A stretch of 64,000 bases of DNA from Vulcanimicrobiaceae bacterium. Lineage in GTDB: Bacteria > Verrucomicrobiota > Verrucomicrobiia > Limisphaerales > Palsa-1400. The notes beneath the pieces were generated by a model. It was given only the letters and a program-made list of their open reading frames with translations, ran no database searches and was not told where the DNA came from. The DNA lies in NCBI GenBank assembly GCA_035511075.1, contig DATKFW010000032.1, forward strand, positions 82,950 to 146,949. Reading direction: 5' to 3'. A program made the position numbers and the translations under genes. Of this stretch, positions 46,570 through 55,319 are shown piece after piece; the stretch's first letter is position 1; every line of letters begins with the position of its first letter.

Positions 46570-48402
46570 ATGGCAGACACCAAGAAAAACGTCTACGACG
46601 AGAGCAAAATCAAAACGCTTTCGTCCCTCGAACACATCCGCCTTCGCACGGGCATGTACATCGGCCGCATTGGCGATGGCTCGAATTTCGACGACGGCTG
46701 CTATATCCTTCTCAAGGAAGTCATCGACAACGCCATCGACGAATACATCATGGGCCACGGCAAGGAGATCCAAATCAACGTCGATGGCACCGCGGTCAGC
46801 GTGCGCGACTTTGGACGCGGCATCCCTTTGGGAAAGGTCGTTGATTGCGTTTCCAAGATCAACACCGGCGCAAAATACAACGATGATGTGTTCCAATTCA
46901 GCGTCGGCCTCAATGGCGTTGGCACCAAGGCCGTCAACGCGCTGTCGAAGGACTTTTTGGTGCGCAGCCACCGCGACGGCCAGTATGTGGAGGCGGCTTT
47001 CAAGGCGGGCAAACTCAAGAACGAGAAAAGCGGCAAGGATTCCAACGAGGCGGACGGGACGTTCATTCGCTTCATTCCCGACCCGGAGATTTTCAAGGAC
47101 AGCGTTTTGCGGCCGGAATTTGTCGAGCGTCGATTGCGGCATTACAGCTACCTCAACACGGGGCTGAAACTGATTTACAACGGGCAGACCTTTGTCTCGC
47201 GCAACGGGCTGCTGGACCTGGTGCTGGAGGACATGCGCGCGGACAATTCCGAAGCGATCTACCCGCCGCTCCACTATTCGAGCAAGACCCTGGAGTTTTG
47301 TTTTACGCACAGCAACAGCCGCTATGGCGAGACGTTTTTCTCGTTCGTCAACGGGCAGTTCACGGGCGACGGCGGCACGCATTTGAGCGCCTTTCGCGAG
47401 GGGCTTCTCAAGGCCGTCAACGAATATTCCAAGGGGAAATTCGAGGGCGACGACGTCCGGGAGTGCATGGTGGGAGCGGTGGCCATCCGGCTGAAGGACC
47501 CCGTGTTCGAATCCCAAACCAAGAACAAGCTCGGCAACACGGAAATCCGCTCCGATCTGGTCAACACGGTGCGCGAGGAGTTGCTCCATTTTTTCAACCG
47601 CAACAAGGACGTGGCCGAAAAAATCATGGCCAAGGTCCAGGACACCCAGCAGTTGCGCAAGGAATTGCAGGAAGTCAAGAAACTGGCGCGCGAACGGGCC
47701 AAGGCCATCACCATCCGCATCCCGCAGCTCAAGGACTGCAAAATTCACTTTGACAAGTCGAAGGGGAAGGGCAAAGGGTCGATGATTTTCGTCACCGAAG
47801 GCCAGTCCGCCGCCGGTTCGATCGTCAGTTGCCGCGATGTCAACACGCAGGCGATCTTCGTCCTCAAGGGCAAACCGCTCAACGTCTGGGACCTCAAGCG
47901 CGACGTCGTCTATAAAAACGACGAGATGTACAACCTGATGCGCAGCCTGGACATCGAGGACAACATCGAAAACCTGCGTTACGAAAGGGTGATTCTGGCC
48001 ACCGACGCCGATGTTGACGGCCTGCACATCCGCAATTTGCTCATCACTTATTTTTTCCGGTTCTTCGACCACCTGGTGCATGACGGGCATCTGCACGTCT
48101 TGGAGACGCCGCTCTTTCGCGTGCGGAGCAAGGAGCGGACCCTTTATTGTTACAGCGAGGCGGAACGGGACGAGGCCGCGCGCACTCTGGGAAAATCCTG
48201 CGAGATCACGCGCTTCAAAGGGCTGGGAGAGATTTCCCCCGGCGAATTCAAACAATTCATCGGCCAGAACATGAAGTTGAGCCAGGTCGAATACGCGACG
48301 AAGCCCGAGTCCGCCGGGATTTTCGGATTTTACATGGGCAAAAACACCCCTGAGCGGAAGGATTACATCATGGAAAAATTGGTTGTGCCAGTGGAGGAGT
48401 AA
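46570..48402 (+). CDS. parE: DNA topoisomerase IV subunit B (type IIA topoisomerase ATPase subunit, short Bacteroidetes/PVC type)
   Basis: ..LEHIRLRTGMYIG.., LLKEVIDNAIDE (GHKL), EGQSAAGS (Toprim), LATDADVDGLHIRNLL. 610 aa. Confidence 0.85.
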   Translation: MADTKKNVYDESKIKTLSSLEHIRLRTGMYIGRIGDGSNFDDGCYILLKEVIDNAIDEYIMGHGKEIQINVDGTAVSVRDFGRGIPLGKVVDCVSKINTGAKYNDDVFQFSVGLNGVGTKAVNALSKDFLVRSHRDGQYVEAAFKAGKLKNEKSGKDSNEADGTFIRFIPDPEIFKDSVLRPEFVERRLRHYSYLNTGLKLIYNGQTFVSRNGLLDLVLEDMRADNSEAIYPPLHYSSKTLEFCFTHSNSRYGETFFSFVNGQFTGDGGTHLSAFREGLLKAVNEYSKGKFEGDDVRECMVGAVAIRLKDPVFESQTKNKLGNTEIRSDLVNTVREELLHFFNRNKDVAEKIMAKVQDTQQLRKELQEVKKLARERAKAITIRIPQLKDCKIHFDKSKGKGKGSMIFVTEGQSAAGSIVSCRDVNTQAIFVLKGKPLNVWDLKRDVVYKNDEMYNLMRSLDIEDNIENLRYERVILATDADVDGLHIRNLLITYFFRFFDHLVHDGHLHVLETPLFRVRSKERTLYCYSEAERDEAARTLGKSCEITRFKGLGEISPGEFKQFIGQNMKLSQVEYATKPESAGIFGFYMGKNTPERKDYIMEKLVVPVEE

Positions 48403-48420
48403 ATCCGATAACCGATTTTT

Positions 48421-50520
48421 ATGGCAGCCAGACGCAAAATCCCCCCTCAACAGCCGGAATTGCCCATCGCGGGCGCCGAAGCCCCAACGCCCGCCGTCGA
48501 AAAACAGGCCGACGGCCAAATGCACGTCCAGGCCGAACAGGTCGAGACCCCCGTCCATCCCCCTTTTTCGCCGGGCAGGATCGACCTGCCGCTGCACCGC
48601 CGCGTCGATCGCAGTTTTTTGGAGTATGCCTCCTACGTCATCCGGGACCGCGCCCTTCCCAACCTAAGCGACGGCCTCAAACCGGTTCACCGCCGCATAT
48701 TGTGGACCTTGCATGAGAAGGACGACGGGCGCTTCATCAAGGTTGCAACGGTGGCGGGCGCCGCGATGCAGTATCACCCGCACGGGGACGCCTCGATCAA
48801 CGACGCTTTGGTGGTGCTGGCCAACAAACGCTATTTGATCGAGGGCCAGGGCAACTACGGCAATATTTTCACCGGCGACGTCGCCGCCGCGGGCCGATAC
48901 ATCGAATGCCGGCTGACGGAACTGGCCCGGTCTGAAATTTTCAACAACGAAATCACCGATTTCGTGCCCAGTTACGATGGCCGCGCCAGGGAGCCGGTCA
49001 CCCTCCCCAGCAAACTGCCGCTGCTGCTCATGCTTGGCACCGAAGGCATCGCCGTCGGCATGTCCGCCCGCATCCTGCCGCATAATTTTGGCGAGTTGAT
49101 CGAGGCGCAGATCGCCATTCTCAAGAAGCAGCCGTTTAAAGTGCTGCCCGATTTTCAAACCGGCGGATTGATGGACGCCCGCGAATACCGCGACGGCGCC
49201 GGCCAGATCAAGGTCCGCGCCAAAATCAAGATCAAGGACGACTCGACCGTCCTGATAACAGAAATTGCGCCGACGACCACCACCGATTCGCTCACGGCGT
49301 CGATCGAAGACGCCTCGCGCAAGGGGAAAATCAAAGTCAAAAGCATCAACGATTTTACTTCCGAGGAGGCTGAGATCGAGGTGCGGGCGCCCGCCGGCAT
49401 CAGCGCCGCGCAAATGGTCGATGCCCTCTACGCCTTTACCGATTGCGAAGTGACCGTCGCCAGCCGCATTGTCGTCATCCGGGACAATCGCCCCGTCGAA
49501 TTGACTGTTTCCGAAGTGCTGCGCCACAACACAGCGCAGCTTGTGGCGACGCTCAAGCGCGAACTGGAGTTGAAGGAAAAGCAACTGGAGCAGGAACTCC
49601 ATTTCAAAACGCTGGTGCGGCTGTTTGTGGAAAATCGTATCTACAAAAGAATCGAACAGGCGCGCACCAACGAAGCCGTCATTGAAGAAATCCACGAAGG
49701 CTTGAAGCCCTTTCGCCGCCAGATTCGCCGCGACCCGACGGCCGAAGACGTTGAAATGCTGCTGGCCATCCGCATCCGCCGCATTTCTCTATTTGATATC
49801 AGTAAGCACCGCGAGGAGATGGACAAGGTCAAGGCCGATCTGGACCAGACGCGCGAGCATTTGAAGAACGTCACCCGGTACGCCATCGCCCACTTGGAAG
49901 CGCTTTTGGAGAAATACGGGCCGCTCTATCCGCGCCGGACAAAGTCCAGCCGCTACGACGAAGTGGATGCCCGCGAAGTGGCCTTCAAAAGTTTCAAGGT
50001 GGCCTATGACCGGGAGTCCGGTTACATCGGCTACAAAGTTTCGGGGGAGGAATACAAATGCGATTGCACCAAGTTCGACAAACTGCTGCTGGTGTTTAAA
50101 GACGGCCATTACAAGGCTGTCGAGTTGCAGGAAAAAATGTTCGTCGGGCCCGACCTGGTCTATGCCTCGGTGCCGGAGCGGGAAAAAGTCATCACCCTGG
50201 CCTACACCAACCGCGACGCGACCTATCTAAAGCGGTTCACCTTCGGCGGCACGATTTTGAACAAGGAATATTTTTGCATCCCGCCCAAATCGAAAATCCT
50301 ATTCTTCGAGCTGGATACGCCCGCGCAGTTATTCATACGTTACAAGGCGGCGCCCTACCAGAAGGTCAGTCAACAAACGTGCAACCCGGCCGACGTGGAA
50401 ATCAAGGGGCCCAAGACGCGGGGACGGCAGATTTCAATCAAAGAAGTCGCCGCCATCGCCAGCAAGCCCCCGCGCGGCTGGGACCCGGAGGCAGCGACGA
50501 CCAAGCTGGAATTTGTTTAG
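48421..50520 (+). CDS. parC: DNA topoisomerase IV subunit A
   Basis: ..YVIRDRALPNLSDGLKPVHRRILW.., MQYHPHGDASI, AAGRYIECRLT (catalytic Tyr region). 18 nt downstream of parE. Confidence 0.85.
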   Translation: MAARRKIPPQQPELPIAGAEAPTPAVEKQADGQMHVQAEQVETPVHPPFSPGRIDLPLHRRVDRSFLEYASYVIRDRALPNLSDGLKPVHRRILWTLHEKDDGRFIKVATVAGAAMQYHPHGDASINDALVVLANKRYLIEGQGNYGNIFTGDVAAAGRYIECRLTELARSEIFNNEITDFVPSYDGRAREPVTLPSKLPLLLMLGTEGIAVGMSARILPHNFGELIEAQIAILKKQPFKVLPDFQTGGLMDAREYRDGAGQIKVRAKIKIKDDSTVLITEIAPTTTTDSLTASIEDASRKGKIKVKSINDFTSEEAEIEVRAPAGISAAQMVDALYAFTDCEVTVASRIVVIRDNRPVELTVSEVLRHNTAQLVATLKRELELKEKQLEQELHFKTLVRLFVENRIYKRIEQARTNEAVIEEIHEGLKPFRRQIRRDPTAEDVEMLLAIRIRRISLFDISKHREEMDKVKADLDQTREHLKNVTRYAIAHLEALLEKYGPLYPRRTKSSRYDEVDAREVAFKSFKVAYDRESGYIGYKVSGEEYKCDCTKFDKLLLVFKDGHYKAVELQEKMFVGPDLVYASVPEREKVITLAYTNRDATYLKRFTFGGTILNKEYFCIPPKSKILFFELDTPAQLFIRYKAAPYQKVSQQTCNPADVEIKGPKTRGRQISIKEVAAIASKPPRGWDPEAATTKLEFV

Positions 50521-50540
50521 AGCAATCTCTCTTCCCGGTA

Positions 50541-50570
50541 GGGACGGCGCTGCCGCGCCGCCCATTCTTG
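50541..50570 (+). terminator. weak hairpin after parC
   Basis: GGGaCGGCGC-TGCC-GCGCCGCCC, followed by ATTCTTG. G+C-rich stem but a poor U-tract. Confidence 0.3.
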
Positions 50571-51360
50571 CCACTCCACTTCCATCAGACGGCGAGATTC
50601 AACGCATCCAAAGAACGTGCGTCATCTCTGTGATCGTGCCACCAACAGTTGGGAACTGCCGATTCACTTCCGCTTGAATTTCCCTCTCGATGCGTCTCCG
50701 TTCCGATTTCGTCGCCGTCGCCAATTCATCAGCCCTGGCCTTGTGCAATTGTTCAGTGAGCCGTTTTCGCCACATCGCAATCGAATAACCTCGCGGCAGG
50801 ATGGCTCGCATAATCTCCTGGAAAACATAGCAGCCATCTTTTCAATAGCAACCCGGATTGGCGATGAAATCAGCCGCCCGGCACAGATCAGACTTGCCCA
50901 ATCCCCTCGATGCCAGTGGAGGAGATCGGAAGAGAGCGCTTGCGCGTCCCACTGTTATGTGGGATATTGTGGGTTGGCAGTGTCGTTCTTTGAAAATCTG
51001 GAAGCGACGGTTATCGGCGGACCGGCCGGCAAGCGACGCAAGACAAATGCTTCGGTCTTGACGAAGGCGCGGCCGGAATCGCGTCAATCAAGGCTTGCCA
51101 CGCAAAACCTGGTGAAGCTCTTATCGACGCCGTAGTGCGATTGGACCTGGAAAATTACGCAAAGCACTTACAATCAGCCAGTAACATCGTTTTTATATGA
51201 TTTCCGGCTCAACCCCAGTTAAGCCTAATCAAGGTTGATCAAGGTTCGCCGAATTCTTTCAACGAACCCCAAACTTGAACGGTCGGCACACTGGGCTGAA
51301 GTCCGTTAAACCTTGACGATGGCGCCGTTGGCCCCGATTGTTCCGCCGGTCGATTCATTG

Positions 51361-52509
51361 ATGAATGCAATTCTCGCACTCGAAGACGGTTCGGTATTTC
51401 ACGGACAAGCCTTTGGCGCGCCGGCTCAGGCCTGCGGCGAAGTCTGTTTCAACACCTCGATGACCGGGTATCAGGAGATCCTTACCGACCCTTCTTACAA
51501 GGGCCAGATCGTCACCATGACTTATCCCTTGATCGGCAATTATGGGGTCAATGACGCGGACGTCGAATCATGGCAACCACACGTGGCCGGTTTCGCGATT
51601 CGCGAACTTTCGACGGTGGTCAGCAATTGGCGCGCGCAGCATTCGCTGGCCGAATACCTGGAGAAATATGGCATTCCGGGCATTCAGGGAATCGACACCC
51701 GCGCCTTGACCAAAAAATTGCGCGTCCGCGGCGCCCTTAACGGCTTCATTTCGACGCTCGATATTTCCGAAGCGGAGGCCGTGGCGCGCGCGAAGAACTG
51801 GCCCGGCCTGGCCGGAGTGGATTACGTCAAAACCGTCACGCATCCCAAGGCGTTCCTTTGGGACCAAGGCGATGGTCAAAGCGGGAAGTTCGAATTGACG
51901 CGCGGCCCGGACAACGCGGTGGAACCGGCGCGGCTGCCGCCGGCGGACATCCCCATCGTGGCGTTCGACTACGGAATGAAATACAATATACTGCGGCGTT
52001 TGCGCCAGCACGGTTTCAAGGTGCAAGTGGTTCCCGCCACAGCCACCGCCGCCGAAGCCCTGGCCTTCAAACCGGCCGGAATTTTTCTCTCCAACGGACC
52101 GGGGGATCCGGCGGCGCTGGATTACGCGGTTCGGACAGTGGGCGATTTAATCCGGAGCGGCCCGCCGATTTTTGGCATTTGCCTGGGACACCAGATTTTG
52201 GGGCAGGCCTTTGGCGGTAAGACCTTCAAACTTAAATTCGGCCATCGCGGCGGCAATCAACCGGTCAAGGACCTGGCCAGCGGGAAGGTGGAAATTACCT
52301 CCCAAAACCACGGCTTCGCGGTGGACCCGGCCAGCTTGCCGCCAGAAGTGACGGTGGACCGGATCAACCTCAACGATCAAACGGTCGAAGGAATGCGCCA
52401 CAAGAGCAAACCGATTTTCTGCGTGCAATATCATCCCGAGGCGTCACCCGGCCCGCATGATTCGACCCCTCTGTTCGCCGAATTTCGAGAATTGATAAAA
52501 AGGTCGTAG
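51361..52509 (+). CDS. carA: carbamoyl-phosphate synthase small (glutamine amidotransferase) subunit
   Basis: [20 protein letters not shown].., GICLGHQIL (catalytic Cys), [12 protein letters not shown]. The ORF track starts it at a TTG at 51313. Confidence 0.9.
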   Translation: MNAILALEDGSVFHGQAFGAPAQACGEVCFNTSMTGYQEILTDPSYKGQIVTMTYPLIGNYGVNDADVESWQPHVAGFAIRELSTVVSNWRAQHSLAEYLEKYGIPGIQGIDTRALTKKLRVRGALNGFISTLDISEAEAVARAKNWPGLAGVDYVKTVTHPKAFLWDQGDGQSGKFELTRGPDNAVEPARLPPADIPIVAFDYGMKYNILRRLRQHGFKVQVVPATATAAEALAFKPAGIFLSNGPGDPAALDYAVRTVGDLIRSGPPIFGICLGHQILGQAFGGKTFKLKFGHRGGNQPVKDLASGKVEITSQNHGFAVDPASLPPEVTVDRINLNDQTVEGMRHKSKPIFCVQYHPEASPGPHDSTPLFAEFRELIKRS

Positions 52510-52587
52510 GCACACGTGTAGGGATTTCCCCCACAACGAAAACCGTTTGACTTGCGCCGTGCGCCGGACATAATTCAAACAGTCGCT

Positions 52588-53091
52588 ATGGCACGACTGG
52601 TAATTCTCAGCGAAGGGCTCACAGGCAAGGCTCACGAACTGGCGGTGGACAAGACCACCATCGGGCGCGTCGATGATAACGCATTTCCCATCCCGGAAGG
52701 ATCCGTTTCAAGCCATCACTGCGAGATACTCCTGCGCGGCGGCGAGGTCATCGTCCACGATCTCAATTCCACCAACGGCACCTTTGTCAACGGCCATCAA
52801 GTCACCGGCGAGGCCCCGCTCAAAGGCGGACAAATTCTCCGGCTCGGCCAGGTGGAATTGCGGCTGGAGGACAGTAGCGCCCAAAAAGCCGCCCCGAAGA
52901 AATTACCCGATCAAACCATGGTCATCCCTCAGGGCGTCAAACTCGGGCAGGAACCGTCCACCAAGTCGGTGCCCTTTGACAAGAACACCTTTGCCAAGAA
53001 GAGCAATACAGGAACAAAGATATTCATCGCTGTGGTCATCGTCCTGGCCATCGCGGTCACTGTCCTGCTGATCATGGTTTGGCGGCACTGA
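52588..53091 (+). CDS. FHA-domain protein with C-terminal membrane anchor
   Basis: ..TTIGRVDDNAFPIPEGSVSSHHCEI..DLNSTNGTFVNG.. (FHA). C-terminal TM KIFIAVVIVLAIAVTVLLIMVW. Confidence 0.8.
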   Translation: MARLVILSEGLTGKAHELAVDKTTIGRVDDNAFPIPEGSVSSHHCEILLRGGEVIVHDLNSTNGTFVNGHQVTGEAPLKGGQILRLGQVELRLEDSSAQKAAPKKLPDQTMVIPQGVKLGQEPSTKSVPFDKNTFAKKSNTGTKIFIAVVIVLAIAVTVLLIMVWRH

Positions 53092-53095
53092 GAAA

Positions 53096-54100
53096 TCACC
53101 CTTCCTGGAGCCAGCGCGACGCTTCCGCGGCCGAGTAAGTGACGATGAAGTCGGCTCCCGCCCGCCGCATCGCGTGCAAAGTTTCCAGCGTGACCTGGCG
53201 TTCGTCGATCCAGCCCTTGGCGGCGGCGGCTTTAATCATGGAAAATTCCCCGCTGACCGAATACACCGCGGTTGGATAGCCAAATTCCGCCTTCACACGA
53301 TGCAAAATATCCAGGCAAGGCAGGGCCGGTTTGACCATCACGATGTCGGCCCCCTCGCCAATGTCCATCGCCACTTCCCGCAATGCTTCCAAAGCGTTGC
53401 CGGCGTCCATTTGATACGCGCGCCGGTCGCCGAATTGCGGCGCGGACTCCGCCGCCTCCCGGAACGGGCCGTAATAGGCGGAAGCGAATTTGGCCGCATA
53501 CGACAGTATCGGAGTGTCCTCGAGCCCTCCGGCATCCAACGCCTGCCGGATCGCTGCGACGCGGCCATCCATCATGTCGCTCGGCGCCACGAGGTCCGCG
53601 CCGGCCTCGGCGTGGCTCACAGCCGTGCGCGCCAGCAGCTTGAGCGTGCGATCATTGGCAATGCGCCCGCCTTTATTCTTCTCGACTATCCCGCAATGGC
53701 CGTGGCTCATGTATTCGCAAAGGCAGACGTCGGTGAAGACCAGGAGGCCGGGAATTTCCTTTTTTAACTGCCGCACTGTTTGCTGGACGATGCCGTTGCG
53801 CGCGTAAGCGCCCGAAGCAACGTCGTCCTTGGCCTCGGGAATTCCGAAAAGCAAAACCGCCGGCACTCCCAACTCGTGCGCCGCTTCCGCGGCGCGAAGG
53901 ATTTCGTCGGGCGACAACTGAAAAACTCCCGGCATGGAAGCGACTGGCCGCCGAACCTTGCGCCCGGCGCGGGCAAACAGGGGGAGAACCAGACGGTCCG
54001 CCGAGAGCGAACTTTCCCGCACCAGGCGCCGCAACGCCGCCGATTGCCGAAGCCGCCGCGGCCGGTAGCCTGGATATTCTCCCAAAGCGGTGAAACTCAT
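53096..54100 (-). CDS. hemB: porphobilinogen synthase (delta-aminolevulinate dehydratase)
   Basis: ATG at 54100 gives MSFTALGEYPGYRPRRLRQSAALRRLV... Active-site Lys regions ..DIVMVKPALPCLDI.. and ..YSVSGEFSMIKAAA... 334 aa. The longer listed ORF is an upstream read-through. Confidence 0.9.
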   Translation of the reverse strand: MSFTALGEYPGYRPRRLRQSAALRRLVRESSLSADRLVLPLFARAGRKVRRPVASMPGVFQLSPDEILRAAEAAHELGVPAVLLFGIPEAKDDVASGAYARNGIVQQTVRQLKKEIPGLLVFTDVCLCEYMSHGHCGIVEKNKGGRIANDRTLKLLARTAVSHAEAGADLVAPSDMMDGRVAAIRQALDAGGLEDTPILSYAAKFASAYYGPFREAAESAPQFGDRRAYQMDAGNALEALREVAMDIGEGADIVMVKPALPCLDILHRVKAEFGYPTAVYSVSGEFSMIKAAAAKGWIDERQVTLETLHAMRRAGADFIVTYSAAEASRWLQEG

Positions 54101-54181
54101 CCCGCCAGCGTAGTGAAGAGCACCACGGGGCGCAAAGAATTTCAGGCTTTGAACTTTGCGCTTTGAACTTAAATTACAGGA

Positions 54182-54760
54182 ATGTTTAAGAAAATGGCCG
54201 TGGCTATCGGCCTCGTTGCGATCATTTTCATGGCGGGCCTCTTTTTCGGGGTTTTCTCGTATCGCTGGCTGGCGTCGAAGCCCGGCGGCATTTTCAGCAC
54301 CGCAACTCTGCTTAAAAAGGTGCAGACCCTTTCGCAGTTCGTCACCGTCAAATATAACCTGGAAAAAGTGGTGGTGCTCGACGACGTCAAATGGTACGGC
54401 GACAGCCACGTCGTGCTGGTGGCGCACGGCGTCGTCAAAGCCGCGATCGACCTCGATCAACTTGGCCCCAATGACATCCAGATTTCCGGCAAGAGGATCA
54501 GCGTCAGGCTGCCACGCTCGCATATCGTGGACGCCTACCTGGACGATCAGCGCACTCAAATTGTGGAAAGATACACCGGCGTGCTGCGCGTCTTCGACAA
54601 GGACCTGGAGGAAAATGCCCGCCGCGAGGCCGTGGAGGAATTGCGTCTCGCCGCCTTGCAGAACGGGATTTTGAACGACGCCTCGGAACGCGCCCGCGCG
54701 CAATTGACAATATTGCTCTACCAGGTCGGCTTCGCGGACGTGGATCTGAGCACCAAGTAG
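54182..54760 (+). CDS. DUF4230-like membrane-anchored protein
   Basis: N-terminal TM, then ..LKKVQTLSQFVTVKYNLEKVVVLDD..GVVKAAIDLDQL.., the pattern I associate with DUF4230. Confidence 0.6.
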   Translation: MFKKMAVAIGLVAIIFMAGLFFGVFSYRWLASKPGGIFSTATLLKKVQTLSQFVTVKYNLEKVVVLDDVKWYGDSHVVLVAHGVVKAAIDLDQLGPNDIQISGKRISVRLPRSHIVDAYLDDQRTQIVERYTGVLRVFDKDLEENARREAVEELRLAALQNGILNDASERARAQLTILLYQVGFADVDLSTK

Positions 54761-54793
54761 TTCCCACCATCCAGGGTGAGGTATGACAATTCT

Positions 54794-54852
54794 CGGGAGG
54801 GCGGAGCGCCGCGACGCCCTGATTATATTAGGGACTCGCGGCGCTTCCCTCC
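54794..54852. repeat. 59-nt imperfect palindrome in the intergenic region
   Basis: GGGAGGGCGGAGCGCCGCGACGCCCTGA...TTAGGGACTCGCGGCGCTTCCCTCCC. The arms pair over ~24 of 28 positions. Followed by an AT-rich tract (TATATATATACTCATATACT). Confidence 0.7.
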
Positions 54853-54995
54853 CGGAAACCATCGGTCGTATATATATACTCATATACTTCCAAGGCGCAA
54901 TCCGGTCCAATGGAAGAACTCTGTCCCACACCCATGTCGTGCGACGGATGAAGTTTTGTGTCGCCAGACAAACTTTGCCGCGTTAAGCAATCCCG

Positions 54996-55319
54996 ATGCA
55001 CGGCGACGCCACCAGGATCAAAGACCGAAGCCGCAATTATCCGTTGCTGCTGGCGAGCCAGTTCTTGAGCGCGTTTGGCGACAACCTGATTCTGATGATT
55101 ATTCTCGGGCCGTTCCTCACGGAACGCAGACTCGGCAAAACGATTGCCACCCAGAACGGCTTGGAAAACCTCGCCATGCTCGGCGGCGCATTGATCGCCT
55201 TCCTGGACATCAAAATCGGCTTCAATCCTTCCGAACTTCTTCTTGCCATGGCGGCCTTTGTTGCTGTCGTTGTCATCTGGCTGAAAATTCCCGGCAAGAA
55301 CCCCGCGCCGGCAATATGA
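54996..55319 (+). pseudogene. 107-aa mini-LplT: apparent in-frame internal-deletion derivative of a lysophospholipid transporter (MFS)
   Basis: N-terminus ..LLLASQFLSAFGDNLIL.. (LplT TM1 motif) joins directly to ..IATQNGLENLAMLGGALIAF...VAVVVIWL.. (resembles the last two LplT helices). The stop overlaps the aas start (ATGA). Confidence 0.55.

Noticed and set aside
46483-48597. 704-aa minus-strand ORF covering parE
   Set aside because: Antisense to a clear type IIA topoisomerase B subunit. The composition (runs of D/V/L/A/G/R) is typical of a shadow frame. The same reasoning applies to 48664-49695, 57805-58974, 21953-23071, 23803-24837 and 24850-25851.
50599-50811. 70-aa helical ORF (..RKRLTEQLHKARADELATATKSERRRIEREIQ..) as a real small gene
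   Set aside because: It has no ribosome-binding site or family support, and it overlaps a 172-aa ORF on the other strand. It is kept only as part of the unexplained-gap finding.
54101-54931. Upstream extension of the hemB ORF (611-aa version)
   Set aside because: HemB homology starts at MSFTALGEYPGYRPRRLR (ATG at 54100). The extension is antisense to the DUF4230-like gene.
54776-55315. 180-codon N-terminal extension of the aas ORF (891-aa version in the ORF track)
   Set aside because: The extension is Arg/Pro/His-rich with no domain. The mini-LplT ORF occupies the region in another frame and ends in an ATGA overlap with the ATG at 55316, where the acyltransferase homology begins.
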